Below, one piece after another: positions 1-14,803 of a DNA stretch of 64,000 nt (position 1 is the stretch's first letter; every line of letters starts with the position of its first letter). The DNA is from Lama guanicoe (lineage: Eukaryota). The notes beneath the pieces are model-generated. The model had not been told where the DNA came from. It made no database searches and saw only the letters and a list, made by a program, of their open reading frames with translations. A program made the translations under genes and the position numbers. Where the stretch lies: contig MU054400.1 of the NCBI GenBank assembly GCA_013239625.1, forward strand, positions 1,771,345 to 1,835,344, written 5' to 3'.

Positions 1-631
1 AGTTTGGTGCAGCCATTGTGGAAAACAGTATGGAGATTCCTCAAAAGACTTAAAATAGACTTACCATATGACTCAGCAGTCCTACTTCTGGGCATATATC
101 CAGAGGATACCTTAATTCAAAAAGACACCCACACCTCAATGTTCACAGCAGCACGACTTACAATAGCCAAGACACGGAAACAACCTAAATGTCCACAGAC
201 AGATGACTGCATAAAGAAGATGTGGTATATTTATACAATGGAATACTACTCAGCCATAAAAATGATAAAATAATGCCATTTGCAGCAACATGGATGGCCC
301 TGCAGAATGTCATTTTAAGTGAAGTAAGCCAGAAAGTGAAATAAAAATACCATATAATATCACTCATATGTGGAATCTTAAAAAAGAAAAGACAAATGAA
401 CTTATATATAAAACAAAATCAGACCCAGACATAGAATACAGACTTGTGGTTGCCAAGGGGGAGTGGGGTAGAAAGGGATAAACTGGGAGTTCGAGATTTG
501 CAGATACTGACTGGTAATGTATAAAACAGATAAACAAGTGTATACTGTACAGCACAGGGAAGTATATTCAATATCTTGTAGTAGCTTATGGTGAAAAAGA
601 ACATGAAAATGAATATATGTTAAAAAAAAAA
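1..631 (+). mobile_element. L1 3' end (ORF2 C-terminus, 3'UTR, A-tail), runs off window start
   Basis: ORF 4..273 [12 protein letters not shown]...WYIYTMEYYSAIK is the L1 ORF2 C-terminus; A-run at ~622-631. Confidence 0.93.
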
Positions 632-874
632 GATTCTTCCCTGAAGTCTTTAAAAACAAAACAAAAGAAGCCTAGAAGCACATGTACTATAGGGTTTACA
701 AATGTAACAACTCTAGGGCTGAAATGGCCCCTATATATTTTAGCTTATATCAAAACTGTCAGACGAAGATCTGTGGAAAAGGGAGTGAGAGGATGTAGAA
801 ATAGGCAGAAAGAGGATGACCAGTATAGAGATATTCATGGAGAATTCTTTACAACCACTCATTTAATTGTGATT

Positions 875-1072
875 ATAGTCAAAAACTTTCTGTGATGATG
901 GAAATGCTCTTGGTCAGAGCTGTCCAAGATGGTAGCCAGGAGCTAAACGTGGCTACGGAGCATTGGAAAGCTAGCTAATGTGGCTGAGGAGCTGAGTTCT
1001 TAATTTTAATTAATTTAAAATTAGTTTTAAATAGGTAATGGCTAATGGCTACCATACTGCACAGTACGGGTC
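875..1072. mobile_element. MER3-like hAT-Charlie DNA transposon relic
   Basis: aactttctgtgatgatggaaatg...tgtccaa..tggtagcca...gtggcta, recognised by eye. Confidence 0.65.
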
Positions 1073-1193
1073 TAACAGTTACTGCTTTCACATGTAATTT
1101 TAAGAATGCTTTGTACCAGTGAACTCTCTCCAGGAGGTACTGATGGAACTCTTGGTGTAATGCAGTCTTCAGCTGTGAACAGTTTATTTACTA

Positions 1194-1505
<312 letters not shown>

Positions 1506-3634
1506 TCAGTTGGCTGCCCAAGCTGGGAACTGCTCGAGACTCACCCAATGGATGAGGTCAGTGGTAAAGATGACATAACCCTCAAAACACACAGTCGTTT
1601 TTATCCTTAAGGTCCTGATGTGTTCGAATGGCTATGTGTTCTAAAGCAACACAGTGAAAGAAAACGTGTTTCCCCATCAGTCATCAGACTTGCACATGCT
1701 ATATGACAAGACAAGGCATGGAAAAAAGACATGGGAAACCAAAAGACAGGGGAGGCAGGAATCACTGAGCTAGATATGCAGAAAACTGAATGAAGGATGT
1801 GGCTCAAAGTATTTGAACAGTCACCAAAAAACACAAAAACAATACCCCCTGCCTGGCAGACAGCAAAGGCATTCCACAGCTATGAGCTATCCTGGTGTTG
1901 CTGGATGTCCAGCATGTAACAGCAATGTTTAATATTCCCATTCAAATTCACACCTCACTCACCAACCAGCCACAGAGCCCAGCTCTGCTTTCTTTCTTTT
2001 CAAAGGAGCACACATATGTCAGTAGTTGCCACGGGCAGCACATGGCAAAGACACTGTGCAGGTGTCTCATGAAGACTGTCAGCTGATAGCCAGGAAGCCC
2101 ACTCTCTGCACTGACAGAAAGGGAGGCGGGGCGCCTTTGGTGGGTGTTTCAGCGCCCCTCCCATCTCCATATTTCCTGTCAAAACCCAAACCAACTTACC
2201 CTTCAAAGATGATGTCAAATATCTCCTCCTTGAAGCCCTCCTGGATTGCCTTCACAACTAATCCTTGCCCCCCCACTACTGTCCCTTCTTTTACAACTCA
2301 CTGCATTTGTCACCTCTATCTCTTTGTAATTACTGCTGTACTAATCAGCCCCACCTTGCCAAGCACCTTTATTTTAATGCCCATAACAAAACCTAGAAGT
2401 CGGGCAAAGATGTTTGAATCTCATTTGATAGATGAACAAACTGATGATCTGGGAAGTTAAGTGACATACCCAAGACACACAACACAGCCACACAACCAAG
2501 ATGAGACCCATTTATGACTCCTAGACAGGTGCTTGTTTCAGGTATAAGCACTGCCTCTGGGTGTCCCCCCGCTGGCTCACAGTCAGCCCTCTAGCTCACT
2601 GGGCCCTGGGATGGTGATTCTCACCAAGTGGCCACCAAGAGAACTTTGCTTGGGGATCTTGTCATCAGCAAAGATCTGTAAGCTAACATGAGAGTGAGCT
2701 TCTCCTTTTGGGGAAAAAAAAATCTCAAGACAATGTTCTTAGTCTGTCTGTGTCTGTCTCTCTGTGTGACACACATCTCAGCAGAAGTAGGAGTCAAAGA
2801 ACCGGTTATTCTTTGAAGAGAAGAATCTCAAATGAGAGGAAAGACAGCTAACCGAAGTCTTATCATCACCATTCCACACCAGCAGTCCTCTCTGAGCACT
2901 GTCAGAGGAGAGCTCATTACTTATTCTCACTTTTGACAGCCACACCAAAGAAGTCAAAACAACTCGAAAATACAGTAATTGTTCAAGAGGAACAATTTCC
3001 TACCACGCAGCCAGCTACTGGGAAGGAACAAAAAGTTGTTACTTTGAAAGCGGCACACGTCACCCCAGCTCTGACCACAGTGCTGCCTCTTGGGAGGGGG
3101 AGGGCCCCAGGGCAGCACCACGGACAGATCTCAGGTCTCAGAAAATTACAGAGAAAAACTACAGCTGCTGTCAGCCCCCACTCCTAGTTCACACAGTCAT
3201 TCAGCAGATATGCACTGACTTCCTACTATGTGCCAAGCACTGTGTTAGGCGATGGGTGAGATGGAGACGACCAAGACAGGCACAGACCTTGTCCGCCCGG
3301 AGGTTACTTTGCATCATTTCTTTAAACAAATTCGTCCTTATAATATCAGAGACTTTAGAGAATCAAAGAACTGAGGACCAGAGAGGCATCCTAAAGATGT
3401 GAACACAACAGGCTTTCACAAATACGAAAAAGGAGGGTAGTGGAAGAGCAAGAAACAGCAGATACGAATTTGCAGTAATATCTTGGGAGCTTTCAGAAGA
3501 TTTCAGCAAAAAGAAACCTATAAATTGATAGATGCCTCATCTCCCATCCCCTCTGGTGGTTTGGTCCACTCCAGGAAAAGCTTTTCACTAGGGCCAACCT
3601 GCCCCTTCACCTCCTCCACCACCAGTTACGTAGA

Positions 3635-3780
3635 GCCTGGCTATTCAAAGTGCGAACCATGAACCAGCCACACGGCCACCATCTGGGAGCATATTAGAAA
3701 AGCCAGATTCATGAATCAGAATCTGATTTTAACAGGATCCCTAGGTAATCCCTGTACAAGTTACATTTTGGAAGCCTTGA
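3635..3780. mobile_element. MER5A-like element
   Basis: tcaaagtg...atctgggagc...gaatcagaatctg.attttaacaggatccctaggt...tttggaagc. Confidence 0.65.
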
Positions 3781-5535
3781 TCTAGGACACCTTGATTCCC
3801 ATAAATTATGCAAAACCTTAATTTAAAAGAGGAGTATTTTAAAAAATTATTTTCTGATCTCATTAACCATTCATAGATGGAAACTGCGGGCTTGTGGAAA
3901 GCTTTATATAATTGGAATATGTCTCTCTGAAAGCATACTGCTAAAAACAGTTTCCTATTTTGTGTTTGTGCCCTCAAGAGAACTCCCCGGAATCGAATAT
4001 TTCTTTTATTTTAAGATCAAACACTCAAGCTCCAAGTCAGAAGAATAAAACCCAAGCCGAGCCCCCAGGGTAGTTCTGTCCCCCAGCTTCGAGGAGAATG
4101 CGGGGGCTTTCAGGGTGGCAAAAGCTACGAAGAGCACAGGATGCTGGAGTTCTGGGCTTAGCTGTGCCACCAAAACATTCATGACCTCGGATAAATCAAT
4201 TCCTTCCTCCGAGAGCCAAGTTCCCTTGTCTATAAAATAGAAGCTCAAGCGAAGTGAGCCCTGAGGTCATTTATAGACCAAAGATTCTGGAAACGTTCAA
4301 ATGACATGTTCTATCATTTCCTCTTGTTTGTTGCTGCTGCACTGAATAATCACAGTCTGAGGTGGAGGAGGGGCATTAAAAAGACTTTTTTTAAAAATGA
4401 CTTGTTATCAATGGTTAGGCTCTAAGACTTTCCCAGGTACTACACCAAGTTGTCCCAGCCGAGGCGCTCCCAGATTCCCTTACCCCACAGTTTCCTCCTA
4501 CTTCTCAAAGCTGAAAAGACTGTTTTGCATACTTGCATGTGACAGCTTCCCTCTGGGTCACAGTGGGGACCAGGGATGAATTATTCTCTGTGCACATCTA
4601 CACAGGATTTCGTGCCAACCACAGTCTGCTCCCCTGCCTAGATGCCCACACCAGCTGACTTGGCTACACTTCCGAGAGACCACCGCCCGCTCCTGCCCGA
4701 CAGCACCGAGGACAGGGTGGGAGGCACCCAGCTCACTGGGTCACCCTGGAGACGGAGGAGACTGGGCAAATCTGAGCATAAAGGAAACTCCTCCAAGTTC
4801 GAAGATGGGGAAGGAAGGACAGGTGCCAACCAGTGTGTGGGAACTTCCTAAAGAATCCATCTTATGATGATCTTGCCTTCAAAGGGGCAAACATCAGGAT
4901 GAGAATGTTCGGCTAGAGATAGTTAGCATGTTTGAAGTTTAGGATGTACAATGATTTGTGTAAACTGTGGCGATAAGAAGTCAACATGATCAAGAGAATA
5001 TTTAATTCCTAAGAATTACATATTTTGCCATGTTACTGTAGATGGGTACCCTTGACCCACTAATGACTAAGTTCCTCATTCCTCTGAGTGACTTTTGGGG
5101 GTAAACGGTCCAATGAGAGATGAGAACCCCATCCCCTCGTGTGAAAGAGCCTAGAAGGCGTCAGGCCAGTGGGAACTGGCCACGTCTGACGAACAGAGGC
5201 AGGAACAGAGAACAGTTCTAAGAAGACATGAAAATGGACACGGCCAGGAGATAACACAGCCATGCCCCCACACTTCCTCCTTGTTCATGTGACGCACCAG
5301 GCCAATGACTCCCCACAGAGCAGGAATGGAGCTCAGAATGGAGCCCAGCCAAATCTAGGCGAGATTTTGAGGACGATCAGAGTGCCACTCCCAGAACCAG
5401 GGCCGAAAACGACATAGAGCCAGGCAGCTTGTGCCCTCACTCCATTTCTCGTTATAGACGACTTGGCAAAGCCAGACTTTCAACCCTTCTGTCCACCGCA
5501 GAAACCTCCCGGAGCCCTGGGGACCACCCCACTCA

Positions 5536-5646
<111 letters not shown>

Positions 5647-5894
5647 TCAGAACAGAAGGGCAGGGGTGTGCACACTTTTCTTTTTAAAACTTCACAATGG
5701 TCTGACCCAGCTCTAGGAATCCAAGCCTTCTCTGCCTTCACGAGGGGACATTACGTCAGAGTTTAAGGGGTCCCGTGGGCACAAGAGATGAGTGGAGTGG
5801 AAAGGGAGGACCAAAACAGGGTACAGGCCATAGTGCACTGATTCACAAGCACAATATTCCAACATAAATGGCGGCCCCCAGCCCAGCCCCATCA

Positions 5895-5996
<102 letters not shown>

Positions 5997-8069
5997 TTAA
6001 GAAAAAGCAGAGCAGAGATGACAATGACATTGGAAAGTCCAAACAGGACATGCTACAGAATGTGGTAATTGGAGATTTTTGACTGCCAACAAAGAAATGC
6101 ATTTTATTGTATGACTCAGCACACACACATCCCTGGAAGAAAAGTTCCACAAAAGAAAAGTTACTTTCACTAAGTGCATTGCAATCTGATCTTTTCTACG
6201 CCAACTCTTTTTATTCTTTTTATACGCTGCTGGTGAGCCATGCATTTGGTTATGTCCTACAAAAAGGATCAGGCAATATTGATGATCAGGAGGAATTCTC
6301 TGCCAGTTTCTGTTTGAGTGATACGGAGTGGGTGGCTGGACCCCAGGGCATCACTAAGTCCCTCGCTGCCCGGGCACTTCTGTGCCTGTATCTATATCAA
6401 CACTGCAGCAGAAAGCAGCTTCCCGGTGACACAGGTCACTCACCATGTCACGGAGAATCCACCTACTGTTATTTTCTGAGGGAGGGCACGAGGGGCCCTT
6501 GTCACCATGGAAATGGTCACTGGCTTCCGAATATGCCGGGGTTAAGTCACCATGACCCAGTGCCCTTTAAAAGAACCCGCGCTGGTAGATGACTAAGATA
6601 CACGAGGAACAGGAGCCCAGCCAAGCACTGATTCAGCACCTCTGAGCCCTTCCCGTAAATACGAACAAAACACCACTCTGGACAACAGTCCTGAACAGAG
6701 CCCGCCCGGAGGCCGCACACAGGGCCCTTAATTACAGCGACGGCCCGGGACGCCTCCACGCCAGTCACTTCAAGCCTTACGGGATTGAATCCAAGTTAGA
6801 AAGACTAGGTCTCCCAGAGTTCACGATCATTTTTAACTATTGATAGTTACAAAATCTTCATAAAAAAATAAACACAGAACAGTGTGCTCTATGGAATTCT
6901 AAAGAAACACAAGCACATAGTCAGGGCTGCGGCTGAGTGTCAGGGCAGGCAGTGACCCCCACCCCAGAGCCTCTGAGGCCTTGGTTCATTCGTTCAGCCT
7001 GGTTTGCCCAGTGCATCACGCTAAGGTCGGGGAAGACACGCAGACTTTGCATTCATGGAATGTAAGGTCCGGAGAGGAAATGGATATTAATCTAGAAACC
7101 CCGCAAAGAAGTAAACAAACGTAAATTATGAGCCGTGGTACTTACTGCAGAGGGAAAGGTGCCATGAGGTTACGGGGGTGGGAGGCTGATCTGGTCTGGG
7201 GGCCACGGCAGTGCCTGAGGAAGGGACCTCTGAGCTGAGATCCAGGGGAGGGGATGGTGTTAACTCGGCAGGTGGTGGGTGGGTGGCGCTCTGAGCAGAG
7301 GACCAGGCAGGCAAAGCCCTGAGCCTGAGCACTGGGGGATCCAAGATGAGCAGGTGTGCATTTCCCCATGCCGTTATCACAACTGTTGTTACACACACAC
7401 ACACTCTCACATGTTTTTCCCAATTTAGCAGGACCTGACCTTGAACTGTCCTTGTTAAAGATTTGGTCTTTGTCCCCAGAACAACTTAAAGCCACAGTAA
7501 CACTCGTTTACAAACAGCCTGAACCCACAGAGGAGGACACTGGGTACAAAGGACGAGTCCAGAGAGTAAGACGGGCAGGTGAGGGGGATGCCCATCAAGG
7601 CAGGGCCCCGAGAAGACAGCAGGGGGCCCTGGGGACAGGCAGAGCACATGGGACCCACAGCCCCGAGGCAGCAGGCCAAAGCCAGGTTCCAGAGCACACC
7701 CAGGCAAGACGAGAACGTTCCCCAGTAAGCCCCACCAACATGAGAGAGCACCCGCTGCATCCTCCTCCTGTGATCCTGTGAGGACGGCCCGTCCTGGGCC
7801 TGTTTCTCCCCCGACCCCAGCCCTAGAGGGCTGTTGGCCTGACACAAAATCTACCGGAATCTGAGAGAAGGACCATCACCCATTACCTCTCCCCAGCTTC
7901 TGGGCAGGGCTGTTGCTCCCAAGGCCTCAGAGGTGGGGGGAGGGGGTGGCGGTAGCGGGTAGAGAAATTCCTAAAGAAGTTTCTGCTTTTTTTTGTTTTG
8001 TTGTTACTTTTCCAGATTCCTCAGGATCCTCAGGGCAAGGTAGCCTGCTAAAAAGATTATTAGGAGTCT

Positions 8070-8312
8070 GTTTTAAAATTGAGGTATAGCTGATTTACAG
8101 TGTTGATTTAGTGTCTGGTGTACAGCATAGTGATTCAGTTGTATATACATAATCTTTTTACCAAAGGGAAAAGAGGGGAGGGATAAATTAAGAGTTGGGG
8201 ATTAAGAGATACACACTACTATATATAAAATAGATAAACAACAGGGTCCTACTATATAGCACAGGGAACTACATTCAATATCTTATAAAAACCTATAATG
8301 AAAAAGAATATA
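8070..8312. mobile_element. Short 5'-inverted (twin-primed) L1 insertion
   Basis: Minus-strand terminal L1 3'UTR (8070-~8155) joined to the plus-strand preceding 3'UTR segment (~8158-8312); imperfect 20-bp TSD at 8050-8069 / 8313-8332. Confidence 0.8.
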
Positions 8313-10224
8313 AAAAAGATTATTAAAAGTCTTAATTGTAGTTTTTGAAATTCAGATTCAATTCTGCACCTTTTTAATGGAAGATAGCAGAAGCTTAAAG
8401 GGGTGAGGCTAGCATAGCAATTCCAGGGACCCTCCTGGCTACACGGGGCTCTTCTGGGGGAGAAGGGGCTGCTCTCTCTCTCACGATTCAGCCCCAGCTC
8501 CTTGCAGGGCCCACGCGGAGGCCACTGCCTTCGCCTTACACGCAGAACAGCCTCTTGGCAGGAAGCCTCAGCGCTCCACTGCATCCGCACAGACCCTCCA
8601 AGTGCCTCCAGAAAACCGCGTCAGAATGCACATTTCACTATCTGCTCATGATGAGAGAAGTAAAAAAAAAAAAAGAAAAAAAAAAGTCTCAGCTTCTTCC
8701 TGACAACTGATTGCCCTCAACAATCATTTGTGTGATTTCATTTGTTCTGGGACACTCTGCTGAGAGCATTACCACCCATGCCCTGCCTCCCTAAACATCC
8801 AGGCGGATGCCTGATAATACTTGGGCTGAGATCTTAAATGGAATTTATTCTGAGAGCTGGACCCCACAACCCCCCTGGGAACTGGGAAACAGAGAGTAGG
8901 ACAGGGGAGATGAACGGGGGTGAGAGGAAGGTGGTTGGGTTACAGGACACACACCTAGTCGTTCCCAAACCTGGCAGCGCAGCAGCAGCAGCCCCCGGAG
9001 AAGGGGTCACACATACCAGCTCTTGGGCTCCGTCACTGAACACCTCATCCAGCAGGCCTGGAGCGGGGCCTGGAGCTGTTTTTTTATCAAATACTCCAGG
9101 GTCGTTTCAGCCCAGCCTGCATGCACTGGGGAACTTCTGAGTCCCCAGATTCTCCTTTTTTTCCCTGAAAAACACAGGGATTCCTTCCTGCTTTTGGTCC
9201 TGTAACCTGGGTCAAGTCACATAGCTTTTCTGAGCCCTAGTTTCTCCACGAACTTTTTCAAGGGTGAGGGTGTTATAATGCCGAATTCATAGTGCTCTGA
9301 GAGGGGGTAAATGTGAGTCAATGATTTGAAAACACCTAATGTCCTACCTGCTCATTATGTAACACTTCCCCTCCCCCGCTGCCCATATCACTCTGAGAAC
9401 CTCCGCTCGGCCTTCTCGCCACTGAACTACCAAAGCCAGTCCTCTCAGTCATGGTGATTCCAGGGAACCGTGTCAAACACTCTGAAGGCCAATACGGGCG
9501 GCGTCACGCTCTCGCTGACTTGCTCCAGCACTCTGTTCCCAGGTTCTCCCATCTGCGAGCCCGGGGCAAAAGTCTTCCTCCCAGTGAAGGCAATCAAAGC
9601 ACAACTGAGTCACCGTAGCAATTCTCTCTCCCCCAGCCTACTTCCTGGCCTGCCTCTCCCCAGTTCCAGCTCCAACCCCCACCAAAATCCCAGCACAGAA
9701 GCACTGACCCTTCTCACACATCTGACCTCACAGAGAAATCCAGTCCCTGATATACCAACACATGACTTGGCAACACCTGTGCATTCATACGGTGGCCTGG
9801 TCACTGCTTTCTCTCTGCTGTCACAGCTCTCCACCACCCCCACCCCAGCACTGCCAGGGCAGAGCCACTGTACCCGGAGACCCCTTTCCCATGGCTCTAG
9901 GGAGTTCTGCCCAGTCCTGACACTGAAGGTGCGTTTTAAATGGGGTAGCGTATGTGAGATCTGCACACACACGGACAGTGCCCGGAACAGGCAAAGTGTT
10001 CACTAAGTGTCAGTATCATACGACGTACACACAGCCAGCTCTATAGTAACACACCGCCCCTCGCCCCCACCGCCAACTTCTCCTCTGGCACCTGCTACTA
10101 CAGGGGCTGTGGGTGGAGGTCAGGTTAGGTGCTGGGGAGACATGGGTGATGCTCTAAAGGCCACTTCTAGAATTAACAATACGATTTCCCATTTTCCCAT
10201 GGCTTACAGCTTCTGGAGTAATAG

Positions 10225-10440
10225 CAATAACAACATATGTTATTATCGGGTACCTCCTCGGGACCCTTTACCATCTAGAGCACCTTAAATATACTAACTC
10301 ATTGCATCCTCATAGCTCTCTCCTTGGAGGGAGCAATCCCCATTTTCACATGAGAAAACTGAGGCACAGAAGGGGTAAGTCGTTAAACCGTGATCACAAT
10401 CACAGAAGCCGGAGAAACTGGGCTGCAAATCCAGGCAAAT
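10225..10440 (-). mobile_element. MIR SINE
   Basis: Core ccccattttcacatgagaaaactgaggcacaga. Confidence 0.7.
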
Positions 10441-10499
10441 CCAAATCTGTATTATTATAATTTTTTTTGTCTGTATTTTTAAAATAATGCTTTAGTCAT

Positions 10500-10645
10500 G
10501 CAGGTTCTCAGACTTCAGGATGCATCAGGATCACCTGAAAGCTTCTGAAAGCACAAGGTTCTGATTCAGTCAGTCTGAATCTGCCTTTCTAACAAGTTCC
10601 CAGGAGTTGCTGTGCTACTCTGGGAACCCTAACTTTGAGAATCAC
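10500..10645. mobile_element. MER5A-like element
   Basis: ggttctca...gcatcag.atcacctg...ttctgattcagt...ttctaacaagttcccagg...actttgagaatcac. Confidence 0.7.
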
Positions 10646-10729
10646 CGGATGAGGGCACTTAATCCAGGTTCACGCCACCCGGGAAAGCTTTGTTACTACC
10701 AACATCTACACCCCTCACCCCAGATTCTG

Positions 10730-11246
10730 GACTTTTAAAATAACCGCTTTATCGAAACATAATGCACATAACACAAAGTTCACCCTTTTAGGTTTTACAC
10801 TTCAGTGGTTTTCAGTATAATTTGCATATATTAAAAATTCACCAAAAAACATTTTCATCACCCCCAGAAGAAGCCCCCTGTACCCACTGGCAATCACTTT
10901 CCTCTTCCCCTCATCTCCTCCACTCCCCATCCTAGATGACCACTACCTACTTTCTGGCTCTTAGACTTGCCTATGCTGGGTATTTCATGTAAACTGAATC
11001 ATATAATATATAGTGTTTAGCGACTGGCTTCTCTTCACTTAGCACAATGTTTTCAAGTTTCATCCATGTTGTAGCACGAATCAGTAAGTACTTCCCCCCT
11101 TTTATGGCTGAATAATATTCCACTGTGTGGACAGACCACTTTCTTTTATCCTTTCATCCATTGATGGACATTTGGGCAGTTCCCACGTTTTAGCTCTTAT
11201 GAATAACACTGCTGTGAAGACTTATGCACACGTTTTTTGGTGAGGA
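10730..11246 (-). mobile_element. Old L1 (L1MB-like) 3' end inserted into a MER5-type element
   Basis: L1MB-type 3'UTR on minus; CCCAGATTCTG repeated at 10719-10729 and 11247-11257 (TSD); MER5-like sequence on both sides. Confidence 0.8.
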
Positions 11247-11359
11247 CCCAGATTCTGATTTAACTAGGTCTGGGGTAGGGTCCACATTTAAACAATGGTA
11301 GTATTTCAAAGCTCCCCTGGGTGATTCTAATGTGCAGTCAGGCGGAGAGCCTCTGGTTT

Positions 11360-11525
11360 AGAGGCTTATTACCCAAGTGTGGTCCACGGGACGGCAGCTC
11401 AGCATCACCGGGGAGCTTATTAGAAACACGGACTCTCGTGCCCCACTCAGACCTGCTGAACCGGAATCCACGTGCTAACAGGATCTCAATTCACATGCTC
11501 ACTAAAGTGTGAGAGGCACCAGTTT
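11360..11525. mobile_element. MER5A-like element
   Basis: aagtgtggtcc...agcatcacc.gggagctt.ttagaaa...cagacctgctgaa. Confidence 0.7.
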
Positions 11526-12879
11526 AGGGAGATACTCCGGGTCCTTGTCTATGTAGTGTCGTGCTGTTGATTCGAAAAAATGTACACAGACTCTGAACAA
11601 GAAATTTATAGGGACAACCTTTATCCCCTGCACATAATTCCATATAAAATTAGGCAGAGAGTGTCACTGGAGCCTCCACTGTGCCCCCAGAGTCTAGCAG
11701 AGTGCACGGCATAGAGCAGGTGTGAGATAAAGATTCGTGAATAGAAACACCCGTGAGCCACTGAACCCTTCAGGGAATCTTGTGTGCTTTCAGGGAACCA
11801 GTGCCCAGAAAAGGGGCCGTTTCAGTGCCCTGGGGGTGGCAGCACCTAGAAACATGCCGCCGAGAGGAAGCTCTGACACGGTGACTGTCTAAGTCTGTGC
11901 TGGGGATCCCCTGGGGGTTGGGGCAGGAGGGGAACCAGAGTTCCTGCTTCTGGGCTCTGTTCCCAGGCAGATCTCAGAGCCAGGGCTTTCAAACTGGATC
12001 AGTGGCCCTGGGCCAGCTGACAACTAGGAGCGCATTCATGTGTTAAGAGCACACCAGGGAATTCTTGGCCACGGGGCCTCCCCCATTCCCATGGCAGGTG
12101 AAGTGAGACAGAGGGCGCAAACCACCCCCAACCCAGGTGACAAGGTCAGGGCCTGGCTCTGCTGGCTGAAACCATTAAGTCCCCCTGCTGGTGGGACAGC
12201 CAGAAGCAGGGCCAGGACCCCTGCCGGGGAACGGGGTGGAGCAGTGGAGGAGGAAGGCGGTGCCCACCCCTGAGCTGAACAGAATGGGAGCCCTTCAGCA
12301 TCAGAGGGACTGGGCTCTGCACCCACTGGCGCTCAGAAAACTTCCACGGCAGTGGAACGGGTATCGTTGCAGTCAGAGCAGCAGCTACCTTTTATTGATG
12401 CTCAGTGTGCCTGGCAGAACTGAGCATGGCCGGGCAGGGATGACCAATCGCATTTTACAGACGAAAGATAAAAATGAAGCTCAAAGACTTCAGAGTTCTG
12501 TTCCAGGCTGCACTGCTAGTAAGTGACAGAGTCAAGATTGAAACCCAAGTCTGTCTGCTTCCCGATCCTTAACACTAGGCCACAGAGATGCCAGCAAATT
12601 ATACCTGAGTCCCAGTTCCTCCATTCTACAGATGAGAAGGCTGAGGCCGGCCACTGGCCCGAGGTCACACAGCGGGGTCAGGACAAGCTATATCTTTCCT
12701 AAGGAACAGGGATGGTTATGGGATAACGGAGGAACAAAACGTTTGGGGAATCTCAGATCAGTACAAATATTAGGGATTAGATGTCCTCACGGGAGAGGCA
12801 GACCCGCAGATGCCTTGAGGTCTTACTGATATGCATCATTTTGTGAATCACCTCATCCAGGGGTTTTCATATTATGCTC

Positions 12880-12978
12880 CTGATAGGATTTGCCCAGGAC
12901 TTAAGGGCTTCCTGGGACACAGGACTCTCATTCTAAACCTGAGAGGGTCCCGGGTAAACTCAGACAACTGGTCATCCA
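12880..12978. mobile_element. MER94-like hAT-Blackjack relic
   Basis: tttgcccaggact.aggg.ttcctgggacacaggact...gtcccggg.aaac...ggtcatcc. Confidence 0.55.
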
Positions 12979-13499
12979 ATCTCCTGCAGAGCAGTGAGCA
13001 ATAATGAGTGAAGGTTCTCCAGTCCCCAGTCCCAACTCTGATCCCCACTAACAACTACAGCTTCTCTATTTTTATCTGTTTTTACATTTTAGGGTCTGTC
13101 TACACATTCTGCTTAAGGAAAAGTGTTCTGTGGCTGAACAAGGGTTTGAAAAACATTGTTCAAGCCATCACTTTCCTGATGCTCCTCGTCAGCCAAAGCC
13201 CAAGAGGTTCACAGACTCAGCGTTTTCAGGTGAGTCTAAGAAGTTAGACAGAATTTCACTGGTGGTGGTGGGGCTGCGCAAAAGCCACCCAGATGAGCTC
13301 CAGGGGTCGGCGGTGCTGACCCCCTAGGCAGGGCTGGCTGGGTTTCTGAGTCCATCACCACTGCTCTTCCAATCAGCAAGTGTGTCTCAAAGAGAAGTGG
13401 AAAGATCCTAAGTGTGAACCTCTTTTGAACCGTGAGAGCTTTGTGGATGGTTTCTGAAGTCCTGTCCAGCACTGACTTCCTACAATCCTAGACTCTGAT

Positions 13500-13930
13500 G
13501 GCGTTACACCCCCAAACCTTTGGCTCTCGTCTCTATACACAGAAGCCTTCTTACTATGAACACGTGTGACTCTCCGCCCAAGGTTGCTTTTTCTGGTGTT
13601 GACAGCACATTCAACCATGTTCAGAGTAAGCCAGAAGTGCCAGAGAGTATTAACTCGGCCCTTGTAAATGTCCCTCAACCAAAATGAATGGGGAATTGGT
13701 AGACAAACAGCCCAACCTCCTTGCCGCTCAGTGGGCAAACTCCCCAGCAGAGCTGAGCCCAGCTGCCCACCGTAGTGACTTCTCAGTAACGCGCCCTTTA
13801 CTGCCTTCCTCCCCTTTCCCTTTCCCACTCCCCTGCTGGTAAGTTCAGTAACCACATCCCAAAGATGACTACTTGCCCTAAATTCTCCTCAAGGTCTGCT
13901 GCGAGGGGTGCACCAACCAGAAATAGATCC
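13500..13930 (+). mobile_element. LTR16-like ERVL solo LTR, degraded
   Basis: agccagaagtgccag...ccctcaaccaa...agctgcccacc.tagtgac...tcaaggtctgct; recognised by eye. Confidence 0.55.
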
Positions 13931-14200
13931 TGTGACATGTTGAATGGAAATAGCAATGAAGGGAAGGGGAGCAGAACCCACAGCAATTCTATGGGAAACA
14001 CACAATGTAAAATAAAGTTCAGGACTTGGTCAGGCCAACAGGGGTTGGGAGTCACCCTGAACAATGCACCAAATTTATAATTCACTTAAATATAATATAA
14101 AGGACTATATTAAAAGAAATGAATATGCAGCTGTTTGCAGAATGTAAAGGGTTCCACTGGTGCTTTTAAGACCTATGATTAGATGAATAAGAGCTACTTA

Positions 14201-14290
<90 letters not shown>

Positions 14291-14607
14291 CTAATAAAAA
14301 AAATAACAAAACAAGAAAGGGCGTGTTAAATACTGTTTATTTTTTATGTTTTTCCTTCAAGAATTTACCTATTTGCATCCCGCCGCCTACCAAACAGATT
14401 TGAAGTAACTTACACATTACTATGTACTTAAAAATGTTGCTGAAATGGTATTCCCCCCGCCCTCTGCTGTTAGTCATAGCAGACATTACTAACTTAACCA
14501 GGACCTGTTTCTTTTCTTTTTTTTTTTTTAACATATGTACTGCTTTATTTTTACATAAACAGGCTCAGGTTTTACACACTGTTCTGCTATTTGCTTTTCT
14601 CACTAAC

Positions 14608-14803
14608 TTTTTTTTAATTGAAGTATAGTCAGTTTACAATGTTGTGTTAATTTCTGGTGTACAGCACAGTGATTCAGCCATATATATATATGGATATATT
14701 CCTTTTCAGATTCTTTTTCATTATGGGCAACTGCAAGGTATTGAATACAGTTCCCTGTGATTTACAGTAGGACCTCGTTGTTTATTTTTTATACAGTAGT
14801 TAG
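14608..14803 (-). mobile_element. Truncated L1 3'UTR, sense to FRMD3
   Basis: T-run then aattgaagtatagtcagtttacaatgttgtg...gttccctgtg. Confidence 0.85.

Noticed and set aside
9470..10006. 178-aa ORF and other 100-170 aa intronic ORFs (e.g. 6107-6592, 7356-7781, 13373-13855, 50925-51350)
   Set aside because: S/P/G-rich translations in GC-richer or repeat-derived DNA with no recognisable domains; consistent with chance
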